Shown here one piece after another: positions 25,519 to 37,114 of a stretch of 64,000 nucleotides of DNA. The DNA lies in NCBI GenBank assembly GCA_020630805.1, contig JAHDIM010000002.1, positions 641 through 64,640 on the forward strand, in the 5' to 3' direction. Position 1 is the stretch's first letter. Each line of letters starts with the position of its first letter. Origin of the DNA: Anaerolineales bacterium. Its GTDB lineage: Bacteria > Chloroflexota > Anaerolineae > Anaerolineales > UBA6668. A program made the translations under genes and the position numbers. A model generated the notes under the pieces. That model worked only from the letters and a program-made list of their open reading frames with translations, did no database searches and had not been told where the DNA came from.

Positions 25519-26235
25519 ATGCAACGTATCGATGGTCGTCAGCCACACCAAATTCGCCCTGTCAAAATTACACCACATTTTGTAGATTACCCAGAAGGGT
25601 CCGTGTTAATTGAAATGGGGAACACACGGGTGCTTTGTAATGCAACCTTGGAAGAAACTGTACCGCGCTGGATGAAAGATACTGGCAAAGGGTGGATTAC
25701 CGCTGAGTATTCAATGTTGCCGCGCTCGACCCATACTCGCACACGGCGTGAAACATCTGGGTTATCTGGCCGCACGCAAGAAATAAAGCGTTTAGTGGGG
25801 CGCAGTTTACGTGCTGCATTTGATCTGCACGCAATGGGCGAACGAATGTGCATTGTTGATTGTGATGTGCTCCAAGCGGATGGCGGCACACGAACGGCTT
25901 CCATTACAGGTGGCTATGTTGCCGCAGCCTTAGCGATGAAAAAAGCGATCGCTGAGCGTCGTATGCCTGCTAAGGTATTAAGCAATCCCATGGCGGCAAT
26001 TAGCGTTGGCGTTGTGAATGGAAATGTGTTGCTAGACCTTTGCTATAGCGAAGACTCAAAAGCAGACGTGGATGCCAACATTGTGATGACAAGCAACGGT
26101 CGTTTGATTGAAGTGCAGGGGACTGCAGAAGGCCAAACGTTTTCACGGGCGCAACTCAACAAGATGTTGGACTTTGCTGAGCACGGCATTGCAGAACTCA
26201 TCGACGCGCAAAAGGCAGCGTTAGACGCTGCATAG
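25519..26235 (+). CDS. rph: Ribonuclease PH
   Basis: 238 aa. The N-terminal RIDGRQPHQIRPVKIT, then GSVLIEMGNTRVLC, and DCDVLQADGGTRTASITG are classic RNase PH. AGGAG lies upstream. Confidence 0.93.
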   Translation: MQRIDGRQPHQIRPVKITPHFVDYPEGSVLIEMGNTRVLCNATLEETVPRWMKDTGKGWITAEYSMLPRSTHTRTRRETSGLSGRTQEIKRLVGRSLRAAFDLHAMGERMCIVDCDVLQADGGTRTASITGGYVAAALAMKKAIAERRMPAKVLSNPMAAISVGVVNGNVLLDLCYSEDSKADVDANIVMTSNGRLIEVQGTAEGQTFSRAQLNKMLDFAEHGIAELIDAQKAALDAA

Positions 26236-26256
26236 TAATACCTTCAGGCTTAAGCC

Positions 26257-26285
26257 AAAACGGGGTGCTCATAACACCCCGTTTT
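26257..26285 (+). terminator. Intrinsic terminator after rph
   Basis: Stem AAAACGGGGTG / CACCCCGTTTT with a 7-nt loop. Confidence 0.65.
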
Positions 26286-26344
26286 GCATTCAGTGACAAA
26301 TTTGGAACTATATATAGGTTTTTCGGCTGGTTGGCTCAAGAAGA

Positions 26345-26689
26345 TTAGTTTGCCAATTGTCCTGAATGAATGCTGCTCATTGCCTCAACTTCGGCGGCTA
26401 ATTCCTTTTGCTGTGAAGGACTTAGCGTATGCCATTTGCCAACAATCTGACGCAAGGTTGGATCAGGTCGGAGTAACCCAAGAACATCATAAACTTCTGG
26501 TCCTAAGGTTTCTGCTAAGTTGTCGACGTGACGACCAGCAGGCACAACTTTCCCGTTCATCCAGCGGCTTAGGTTAGCGCCACTTGTGTTGAGGTGATCT
26601 GCAAAGTGGCTGGCGGACTTTCCATGGTCGCGCTGCTTTTGCCACTCTTCATATTTCTCTTGTAACCAGCGACTAAATGAGATAGACAT
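26345..26689 (-). CDS. XRE-family helix-turn-helix transcriptional regulator
   Basis: 114 aa. The HTH region reads SASHFADHLNTSGANLSRWMNGKVVP. A TACAAT (26701-26696, minus strand) ends 6 nt before the ATG. Confidence 0.72.
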   Translation of the reverse strand: MSISFSRWLQEKYEEWQKQRDHGKSASHFADHLNTSGANLSRWMNGKVVPAGRHVDNLAETLGPEVYDVLGLLRPDPTLRQIVGKWHTLSPSQQKELAAEVEAMSSIHSGQLAN

Positions 26690-26738
26690 GGCGCGATTGT
26701 ACCCGAGTGGATCGCGCTTGTTTACCCATGTTTTAAGC

Positions 26739-26756
26739 TTATAACAGACTTATAAC
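26739..26756 (+). promoter_or_regulatory. Direct-repeat box 3: TTATAAC-agac-TTATAAC (plus a degenerate third unit CTGTAAC at 26762-26768)
   Basis: Same 7+4+7 architecture as boxes 1 and 2. It lies 50-67 nt upstream of the XRE gene ATG, between the lacZ-like stop and the XRE start. Confidence 0.45.
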
Positions 26757-26828
26757 GCAACCTGTAACGCCAATCAAACAAGCGTTATCTTAAAGAACTC
26801 AGTGATCTTAATCTAGCTTGAGATCGGG

Positions 26829-29846
<3,018 letters not shown>

Positions 29847-30671
29847 TTAGTTGAGTTTCGAGAATTTATCGAGCACGAGCTTTAGGCTGTGCTTGACAGT
29901 GCGGGCGTCGTCTGCATTTGGAGCTTGGCGCAGATAATCGCTTAGGTAGTGCGCTGCTTGTCTCAGTTTGTTATTGCGATAGTACAGTAACCCTAAATCA
30001 CGTTGGTGGGGGGCAATTTGTGGTTGTAAAACAACTAGATGGCGAACGACTTCTAGCGCTTCAGCCCATTGTTCATGTGAAATATATATGTGCCGCAGGT
30101 TGTTTAGCATCCGGATCACAATATCTTGCGGCTGACTAGGTTCTAGCCAAGTTGAGGAAAAGCCTTGAAGTGCGCCTTGCGTTGCAGCAACTAAGTTTTT
30201 GCAGTCTTCTGTGGTCAGAATCTGGCCGGCATTGAAGGGATCAAAAATAATGGGTTCGTCATCTGTATGCACACCCACAACAAAGTGACCGGGCAGTCCA
30301 ATGCCATAGGCTTCCAGTTCTAAGCGGCGCGCAATCTCAATGTATAGGGTAGACAGACTGATTGGAATGCCTGTTTTTGAATCGAGGACACAGTTGAGGT
30401 AGCTGTTGTCAGCCGCATAATAATCGGCTTCGTTACCAGAAAACTCAACTTGATTGAAAAGATAGTTGGCTAAAGAAATCGCCCGATCTTCAATGGTTGT
30501 GAAGAATGGCAGCATTTGTGCAGCGTCTAGTGCAAGTGCGTCTAATTTCTCTAAATGCGCCTCAATTGACAGTTGCGGATACGCCACATTCTTTGCAATT
30601 AGGAGATTGGCCTGAGCAAGGTTGAAATTCTCACTATTGATATGAATTTTGAAGTCTTCCAGTCCATTCAT
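29847..30671 (-). CDS. Transglutaminase-like / TPR protein of the SirB1 (UPF0162) type
   Basis: 274 aa. The central GIPISLSTLYIEIARRLELEAYGIGLPGHFVV is followed by a TPR-like C-terminus (ALEVVRHLVVLQPQIAPHQRDLGLLYY). Confidence 0.65.
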   Translation of the reverse strand: MNGLEDFKIHINSENFNLAQANLLIAKNVAYPQLSIEAHLEKLDALALDAAQMLPFFTTIEDRAISLANYLFNQVEFSGNEADYYAADNSYLNCVLDSKTGIPISLSTLYIEIARRLELEAYGIGLPGHFVVGVHTDDEPIIFDPFNAGQILTTEDCKNLVAATQGALQGFSSTWLEPSQPQDIVIRMLNNLRHIYISHEQWAEALEVVRHLVVLQPQIAPHQRDLGLLYYRNNKLRQAAHYLSDYLRQAPNADDARTVKHSLKLVLDKFSKLN

Positions 30672-30841
30672 AATGCGACATATACCCGTAAGCCAATTAA
30701 CAACAGGTAATCTAAGGCATATCTTTATTTTTAACTAGCTTAATCTCGCATTTTTAGCGAAACTTATACTGAATGTTTGTAGACTGTTTATTTTTGAACA
30801 CGATGTCTATTCAGACCCCAACAAACAATTCAATCTAGACT

Positions 30842-32560
30842 ATGGAAACGCAAGAGTTATTCGCATCCGTTATGGATCATGAACCAGAGGTTGATGACCT
30901 TTCAAATTTGAAAGATCGTCTGGTTCACAGCATCCTCGTAACAACCTGTCTCATTGGGTTGTTAATTTTGGTTCCAGCTGTTTACGTTGCGTGGAATGCT
31001 GGCAGCATCATGCTAGGCACAATTTATGTTATTGCCTACGCCGTCATTCTGGGCATTACCTTGCTTCCTGCCAAATACTTTAATATCAAGGCCGGCATGC
31101 TGGTCATGGTGCCAATTTTGCTCACCGTTAATGAATTTATTTCATACGGCATTGCAAGTTCTGGCACTGTGTACGCAATTCTAGCAATCTTCTTAGCAAG
31201 TGCGCTATTTAGTTTGAAAAGCGGCCTAATTGTTACTAGTGTGATTGGCTTGGCGATGCTTGTGATTGGCGGGTTGATTACAAGTGGCTACTGGTACTTG
31301 GACCCAGCACGTCTTGAAAATTCTTTTGAATTTGTGCACTGGGTCATTCGGGTTGCTCAAATTACCTTGGCTGGCAATCTGCTAATTTTGCCACTGCGTT
31401 TCTTAGTGATGCGCATCAATAATTCTTTGAATAAGTCGCTGCAACTCACCGAGTCGTTGCGTTCAGAGCGCCATCGGTTACGTCGTATTATTTCTGCTAT
31501 TCCTGGTAGCGTGCTGATTTGTTCAAACGACTTCACCGGCCAAATTATGTGGTCGAACAACGTTGCTGAGCGTGAATTTCAGTTGGGTCAAAGTACCTTG
31601 ATCGGGCTGAACTTAGCCGACTTATTCCATTCTGAAGACGATTTTGTAAACGTCTGTGCGCGGATCAATAATCGCCAAAAGGTGATTAGCGAAGAAGTTC
31701 GAATTTTGCGCGCCGATAACAGTACATTTTGGGCTCAAATTTCCGCGAGCGTAATTGAAATGGCAGATGCGCCAGTGGCAGTGTATATTCTTCAAGACGT
31801 GGACCAAATGCGTCAAACGCAAAAGGCTATTCAACAACTGCAAAAGACTGAAAGTTTAGGGCTCATGGCTGGTGGTATTGCTCACGACTTCCGCAATATT
31901 CTGACCGCAATTTCGAGCCATTCGAACATTGCTCTGAAGCGTTTGGATGACGCCGACCCCGCTCGCAAGTCAATCACGAAAGCAATCAAGGCTGCGGACA
32001 AAGGGGCGCAACTCACTAAACAATTGCTGCAATATGCCGGCAATAAACAGATTGAAGTCGCTCAGATCGATATGAATGAGTTGATCTTGGAAAATCTACA
32101 ATTGTTGGGCGTTGCAGTGTCTTCCAATGTCAATGTTACGCATAACTTGGCTGACAATCTCTCTACAATTACTGGGGACAAAGCCCAACTCCAGCAGGTT
32201 GTGATGAACTTAATCATCAATGCCGCGCAGGCGATGGGTGAACGGCAGGGCGATATTGTCATTAGCACTGAGCGACTCTATGTGTCTCCAGAGGATTTAT
32301 TGCTCTGGAAAATTGGGAGCGACGAAATGGTGTCAGGCGATTACTTACACTTAAAAATTGCTGACACCGGCCCTGGCATGGACACCAAGACGCTCAATTC
32401 AATTTTTGATCCTTTCTTTACTACCAAGGAAGAAGGCACTGGGCTGGGGTTAGCAACTGTGCTGGGGATTGTCCGCAGCCACAATGGCGGCTTGCGGGTC
32501 AGTAGCGAAGTTGGTCAAGGGACTGACTTTGACCTTATTTTCCCGCTTGTGGATCGGTAA
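30842..32560 (+). CDS. Sensor histidine kinase (multi-TM N-terminus, PAS, HisKA, HATPase_c)
   Basis: 572 aa. It has about 6 TM helices, the H-box GGIAHDFRNILTAI, N-box NLIINAAQAM and G-boxes DTGPGM / GTGLGLA. Confidence 0.88.
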   Translation: METQELFASVMDHEPEVDDLSNLKDRLVHSILVTTCLIGLLILVPAVYVAWNAGSIMLGTIYVIAYAVILGITLLPAKYFNIKAGMLVMVPILLTVNEFISYGIASSGTVYAILAIFLASALFSLKSGLIVTSVIGLAMLVIGGLITSGYWYLDPARLENSFEFVHWVIRVAQITLAGNLLILPLRFLVMRINNSLNKSLQLTESLRSERHRLRRIISAIPGSVLICSNDFTGQIMWSNNVAEREFQLGQSTLIGLNLADLFHSEDDFVNVCARINNRQKVISEEVRILRADNSTFWAQISASVIEMADAPVAVYILQDVDQMRQTQKAIQQLQKTESLGLMAGGIAHDFRNILTAISSHSNIALKRLDDADPARKSITKAIKAADKGAQLTKQLLQYAGNKQIEVAQIDMNELILENLQLLGVAVSSNVNVTHNLADNLSTITGDKAQLQQVVMNLIINAAQAMGERQGDIVISTERLYVSPEDLLLWKIGSDEMVSGDYLHLKIADTGPGMDTKTLNSIFDPFFTTKEEGTGLGLATVLGIVRSHNGGLRVSSEVGQGTDFDLIFPLVDR

Positions 32561-32607
32561 TTAGCACATTATTCAGAAAATTTTCTGGAGTTTTTCCAGC
32601 AACTCGA

Positions 32608-32704
32608 AGTGTCATTCCCGCGACCTGTCCTCGAGCAGTCGGGGAAGGCGGGAAACCATGTGCGGCCTCTGTGTATGGATCCCCGCCTCCGCGAGGATGA
32701 CACT
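32608..32704. repeat. ~97-nt imperfect palindromic (REP/MITE-like) element
   Basis: The outer arms are AGTGTCATTCCCGCG (32608-32622) and CGCGAGGATGACACT (32690-32704). The inner arms are GGCGGGAAACCAT (32647-32659) and ATGGATCCCCGCC (32675-32687). It lies between convergent genes. Only one copy is in this window, so its repeat status is untested. Confidence 0.4.
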
Positions 32705-32757
32705 TGGGTCACTCTGAGCTAACTTCAAAACGCTTGAAACCTTTCTGAACGCACTAA

Positions 32758-33993
32758 TTAGTCTAACTGCAAGTAAATACACTTCAAATACGCTCCTTCA
32801 GCAAATCCAATGGGGTGGTCAATGGCATGGAACGTTTTGTCCAAAACGATTGCGGTGCGCTGCGCCTGATGGACTCCACTTAGTACGGCATCGAAGAATT
32901 GTTCACTTGTCACGCGACTAGAGCAGGATGCCGCTACTAAAACACCATTTTTTGAGACAACCTGCGCAGATAAGCGATTGAGACGCGTGTAGGCGTCAAT
33001 GGCGTTTGGAACAGCGTCTTGTTTGTTAGCAAAGCTCGGCGGATCAGTCACCACAACATCAAATCGCTGGCCTTGCTTGGCGAATGTTTTTAGCGCGGCA
33101 AATGCATCTGCAGCCACAGTGTGGTGTTGACAAGCAGCAACGGCTGACAAGTGTTGATTGAGGCCAAAGTTTTTGTCTGCTTCTGTCAATGCATACTGAC
33201 TAATGTCCAAGCTGGTCGCCTCTGTTGCGCCTGCTTGTGCCGCCGCCAAAGAAAACCCACCCGAATATGAAAACACATTGAGCAAAGTTTTATTCTGACA
33301 AAGTTCGCCAACCTTACTGCGATTGTCACGTTGATCTAGAAAAAAGCCAGTTTTTTGACCTTGGAATGGATCGACGTGATACCGCAATCCATTCTCTAGA
33401 AAAGTCGGTTGTGTTGGTAACGTGCCGACTAACGCCATCCCGTCTCGCAACTGCATTAAGTCACTCTTGAACCGCCTTGCGAGACGGAGGACAATGCAGT
33501 GGGGCGCGTAATGCGCTTGCAAAGTGGCTACAATTTGCTGCAAGTCAGGCAACCAGATTGCAGAATATAGCTTGATGACAATCGTCTCACCATATCGATC
33601 GATCACGAGATCTGGCAGCCCGTCATTTTCGCCATGTACCAATCGGTAGCCGTTGGTCTGCGTTGTATCGAAATAACTGTCGCGCTTGGCAAAACAGTCC
33701 TGTAGCCTTTGGTTCAGCCAGTCATCATTGACTTTTACTGGACTCCCCGCATGCAGCATTTTGAGACGAATCTGCGACTCTGCATCCCAAATCCCAATTC
33801 CTAGAAATTTGTTTTTACGATCAAAAATGACAGCATGGTCGCCGGTGTTTCCGGCGTGACTGGTGCTCGTAATTCGGTCGACATAGAGCCATGGATGCCC
33901 ACTGCGGAGGTGTTTCTCTACGTTGGGCTGGATGCGGACTGCAATCCGTTTGGGATTGCGGGTAGGCAGGGTGGTGAAATCAAAAGGAGCCAT
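32758..33993 (-). CDS. Class I SAM-dependent rRNA methyltransferase, RlmI-like (PUA-like N-terminus + MTase)
   Basis: The ATG at 33993 gives MAPFDFTTLPTRNPKRIAVRI...GHPWLY, the typical RlmI N-terminus. The SAM motif reads LLNVFSYSGGFSLAAA, with DPPSF downstream. The track start at 34188 would add 65 residues overlapping the tat gene. Confidence 0.8.
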   Translation of the reverse strand: MAPFDFTTLPTRNPKRIAVRIQPNVEKHLRSGHPWLYVDRITSTSHAGNTGDHAVIFDRKNKFLGIGIWDAESQIRLKMLHAGSPVKVNDDWLNQRLQDCFAKRDSYFDTTQTNGYRLVHGENDGLPDLVIDRYGETIVIKLYSAIWLPDLQQIVATLQAHYAPHCIVLRLARRFKSDLMQLRDGMALVGTLPTQPTFLENGLRYHVDPFQGQKTGFFLDQRDNRSKVGELCQNKTLLNVFSYSGGFSLAAAQAGATEATSLDISQYALTEADKNFGLNQHLSAVAACQHHTVAADAFAALKTFAKQGQRFDVVVTDPPSFANKQDAVPNAIDAYTRLNRLSAQVVSKNGVLVAASCSSRVTSEQFFDAVLSGVHQAQRTAIVLDKTFHAIDHPIGFAEGAYLKCIYLQLD

Positions 33994-34033
33994 AACAAAA
34001 AAACGACGGACTGCTGAGGCAGCCCGTCGTCCA

Positions 34034-34513
34034 TTAGGCATCGGCTGGTGTGTCTGGGCTTTGGGGCAGCCACGCATCGTGCTGAGCGGCTTTCTTTTGC
34101 ACAGCAGGCGTTGGAGGCGGTGGTGCAATGCTATTGCTTGGTGGTGCCACAGGCTTAGGCGGCAAGATGTTGTTGGCTTCGTCTGCAACCTCTTGAACGG
34201 CCTGTTCGACAGAGTTCATGGTGCTGCGAACCTCTTGATTGAGATCAGATGCAATTTGGCGTGGATTGACTGACGTGCGCAGATCTTGAATATCGTCACG
34301 CACCTGTTTCAAGCCTTCCAAGGTTTCGCCATCATCAATTGACATCAGTTCATCGCGTAGCGCCGCCCGCGCTTGGTTATAAATCACCATCATGCGGCGG
34401 GTCCAGCGCCCGAGCGTAAACATGTGTTTGGCAACGCGTTCAGGGCCCATCACAACCATTGCGATGATGATCACAAAAACAAGTTCCCAGCCACCAACAC
34501 CAAATATGTTCAT
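34034..34513 (-). CDS. Twin-arginine translocase TatA/TatB-family protein
   Basis: 159 aa. The N-terminal MNIFGVGGWELVFVIIIAMVVMGPERV has the TM helix plus hinge G-P typical of TatA/B. An amphipathic, Pro-rich tail follows. It overlaps nusB by 4 nt. Confidence 0.75.
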   Translation of the reverse strand: MNIFGVGGWELVFVIIIAMVVMGPERVAKHMFTLGRWTRRMMVIYNQARAALRDELMSIDDGETLEGLKQVRDDIQDLRTSVNPRQIASDLNQEVRSTMNSVEQAVQEVADEANNILPPKPVAPPSNSIAPPPPTPAVQKKAAQHDAWLPQSPDTPADA

Positions 34514-34965
34514 TCTATTACCGTCGGACTGCTTTCTGCTTGGTTCAGAAAGGCAGTGAATTCAGCTTCATTTTGTAACATTGCACCCAAAACACCATTG
34601 ATAAAAGAGGGGGCTGTATCGCTTCCAAATGTTTTGGCAAGCTCAACAGCTTCGTTGATAACTACTTTTACTGGTGTTTCTTGATGCTGCGTAATTTCCC
34701 AAATGGCCATCCGCAAAATGTTGCGGTCGACAACAGCCATTTGGTCTACGGGATATTCAGGGGCGAAGTGTTGAATAGCTTTGTCTGCCATTGCTTGTAA
34801 CGCTGTTGTCCCTGTTACAACATCTCGTGCAAAGTCAGTCACGTCTTTTGATAGACGCTCTGCATGCACGCGGTCGGCAAAGGCTTGCCAGACATCATGT
34901 GTGCTGCAGTCGACTTCGTATAAAACTTGTAGCGCAGTGACCCGCGCAGTACTTCGTGATTTCAA
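34510..34965 (-). CDS. nusB: Transcription antitermination factor NusB
   Basis: 151 aa, with R..ALQVLYEVD and VDRNILRMAIWE / INEAVELAK. Confidence 0.88.
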   Translation of the reverse strand: MKSRSTARVTALQVLYEVDCSTHDVWQAFADRVHAERLSKDVTDFARDVVTGTTALQAMADKAIQHFAPEYPVDQMAVVDRNILRMAIWEITQHQETPVKVVINEAVELAKTFGSDTAPSFINGVLGAMLQNEAEFTAFLNQAESSPTVIE

Positions 34966-35009
34966 GGTGCTTGTTGAACGTTGGTAACGCCGACTATTGG
35001 CGTTGCCGC

Positions 35010-35351
35010 TTAGAATCTTACGTCTTGGACAAAAACGTCAATGGACTCAACGTCCATCCCGACACTATCCATAAAGGCACGGGCAACTTCTGCCCGAACT
35101 GCTTCGCTAACATCGCGCACATTTGCGCGGCCATCCACAATCATGTAGAGATTGGCAGAAATGCCGTGGTCTTGAATACTCAGTTCGACACCTTGACCAA
35201 CCGTTTGACGAATGTATCGGTCGACCCGACGCGGCGGCGGTGCGAGTTCAACAACACCGTCTACTGAAAGTGTGGCTAAACGTGCAATGGTCACCAAGAC
35301 GCTTGGTGCAATTGTGGTTGTATCTTGTGGATAGACTTTTTCTTCGCCCAT
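35010..35351 (-). CDS. Asp23/Gls24-family envelope stress protein
   Basis: 113 aa, with IAPSVLVTIARLATLSVDGVVEL and VDVFVQDV. Confidence 0.82.
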   Translation of the reverse strand: MGEEKVYPQDTTTIAPSVLVTIARLATLSVDGVVELAPPPRRVDRYIRQTVGQGVELSIQDHGISANLYMIVDGRANVRDVSEAVRAEVARAFMDSVGMDVESIDVFVQDVRF

Positions 35352-35353
35352 GG

Positions 35354-36103
35354 TTAGCCAATTGCCATCCCGCCGTCTACATTCAAGGTTTGGCCAGTAA
35401 TGTAAGCGGCTTCATCACTTGCAAGGAAGGCAACTGCATTTGCAATTTCGTCTGGGTCACCCCAGCGCGCGAGTGGGATCATGCCTAGAGTTGCATCGCG
35501 GACATCATCTGGTAAATCGCCAGTGAGCTTTGTAGGAATAAACCCTGGTGCAACGGCATTTACTGTAATGCTGCGGGACGCAACTTCACGTGCCAAAGCA
35601 CGTGTAAAGCCAATGACGCCTGCTTTTGAGGCTGAATAATTGGTTTGACCTGCATTGCCCAGTACCCCTGAAACAGACGTGATGTTGATAATGCGTCCAT
35701 AGCGCTTGCGCATCATTGTGCGCACTGCAGGCTTGGAGCAGTTGAACACGCCTTTCAGATTGATCCGCATTACCGTATCCCAATCATCTTCAGTCATTTT
35801 GAGGATGATCTGATCGCGCGTCGTCCCAGCGTTGTTGACCAGAATGTCTAGTTTGCCATGTTCTTTGGCAACTGATTTGATCATGTCTGTCGCAGAATCG
35901 ACATCGGAAACATCGGCCTGATAGGTGCTGGCAGAGCCGCCAGCCGCTTCAATATCGGCGACAACGCTATTAGCCCCATCTTCATCACGGGCGAAGTTGA
36001 CGACGACATGCGCGCCTTCACTGGCGAGTCGGAGGGCGATTGCGCGACCAATGCCGCGAGATGCCCCAGTAACAAGTGCGATCTTATCTGTAAATCGGTT
36101 CAA
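35354..36103 (-). CDS. fabG: 3-oxoacyl-[acyl-carrier-protein] reductase
   Basis: 249 aa. It has the SDR motif TGASRGIGRAIA, NNAG, and the catalytic YSASKAG. Confidence 0.88.
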   Translation of the reverse strand: MNRFTDKIALVTGASRGIGRAIALRLASEGAHVVVNFARDEDGANSVVADIEAAGGSASTYQADVSDVDSATDMIKSVAKEHGKLDILVNNAGTTRDQIILKMTEDDWDTVMRINLKGVFNCSKPAVRTMMRKRYGRIINITSVSGVLGNAGQTNYSASKAGVIGFTRALAREVASRSITVNAVAPGFIPTKLTGDLPDDVRDATLGMIPLARWGDPDEIANAVAFLASDEAAYITGQTLNVDGGMAIG

Positions 36104-36300
36104 GAGTATGCCTCCACAAATCTGCGTGGATTATACAGGGCAGACCTAGAATGGTCTAATGCCTGACGCTGTGCCGTAGGGACCGCTCAACCTAAGCTAA
36201 TAATGAGGGGGGGCAAATCTGAACGCACTGAAAAAGCATTTTGCAACCTTCCATGCTAGACTGCGTACTACATTTCAACACCTCAGGAGTAGAGTTATCG

Positions 36301-37005
36301 ATGGCAGAAGATCTCATTAAGCTGGACAACGTAATAAAGAACTTTGAAGGTCCAGCTGGCACGATCCATGTGCTGAAGGGCATTGATCTTTCAGTTTCGA
36401 GCGGTGAATTTGTTGGTGTCTGCGGTCCTTCAGGGAGTGGCAAGTCAACGCTGATGAATATGATCACCGGGATTGACCGTCCAACAGATGGTACTGTGAC
36501 CGTTGCGGGTCAAGTCTTGAACGACATGAGTGAAAACAAGCTGGCACGCTGGCGTGGCAAAACGATTGGTGTCATTTTTCAATTCTTTCAATTGTTACCA
36601 ACGCTAACGGTGCTTGAAAACGTCATGTTGCCGATGGATTTCTGTCGGGTCTGGAAACCACGTGAACGTCCAGAACGTGCTTTGTACCTGTTAGACCAAG
36701 TTGGCTTGGCAGACCAGGCGCATAAATTGCCTTCCACGCTGTCTGGTGGACAGCAGCAACGGGCGGCAATTGCTAGAGCGCTGGCGAATGATCCGCCGCT
36801 CCTTGTTGGCGACGAACCAACAGGGAACCTTGACTCCAAAACTGCTGACAAAGTTTTTCAACTCTTCAATGACTTGATTGATGGCGGTAAGACTTTCCTG
36901 ATGGTGACCCACGACACAAACCTCGCCGGACGTATTCCGCGCGTGATCAATGTGCTCGATGGGGTCTTATATGAAACTGATGGCGCTGGCGCCATCGTAG
37001 AGTGA
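36301..37005 (+). CDS. ABC transporter ATP-binding protein (MacB/LolD-type NBD)
   Basis: The ATG at 36301 is preceded by AGGAG. Walker [10 protein letters not shown], signature LSGGQQQR, Walker [14 protein letters not shown]-loop MVTHD. Confidence 0.9.
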   Translation: MAEDLIKLDNVIKNFEGPAGTIHVLKGIDLSVSSGEFVGVCGPSGSGKSTLMNMITGIDRPTDGTVTVAGQVLNDMSENKLARWRGKTIGVIFQFFQLLPTLTVLENVMLPMDFCRVWKPRERPERALYLLDQVGLADQAHKLPSTLSGGQQQRAAIARALANDPPLLVGDEPTGNLDSKTADKVFQLFNDLIDGGKTFLMVTHDTNLAGRIPRVINVLDGVLYETDGAGAIVE

Positions 37006-37063
37006 TTTAGTTGGTTAATTTGTGCGTTGAATAGTTGGTTAGTGGGCTATAGGAAATGTATAG

Positions 37064-37112
37064 CAACGAACCAACCAACAAACAAACTAGCCAACTCACC
37101 AACCATCTAACC
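37064..37112 (+). other. CCAAC-rich, SD-less leader in front of the permease gene, complementary to a GTTGG-rich tract at 37008-37047
   Basis: The sequence is caacgaaccaaccaacaaacaaactagccaactcaccaaccatctaacc. Upstream is tttagttggttaatttgtgcgttgaatagttggttagtggg. GTTGGTT / AACCAAC and CTATA / TATAG can pair. Confidence 0.4.
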
Positions 37113-37114
37113 TT

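Noticed and set aside
32758-34188. Full-length 476-aa version of the RlmI-like ORF
   Set aside because: Its first 65 codons overlap the tat gene on the same strand and look like translated non-coding or other-frame sequence (His/Arg/Cys-rich). The conserved RlmI N-terminus begins at the ATG at 33993.
36192-36467. 91-aa minus-strand ORF and the 20-codon N-terminal extension of the ATPase ORF (36241)
   Set aside because: It is antisense to a strongly supported ABC ATPase. The AGGAG RBS sits in front of the ATG at 36301.
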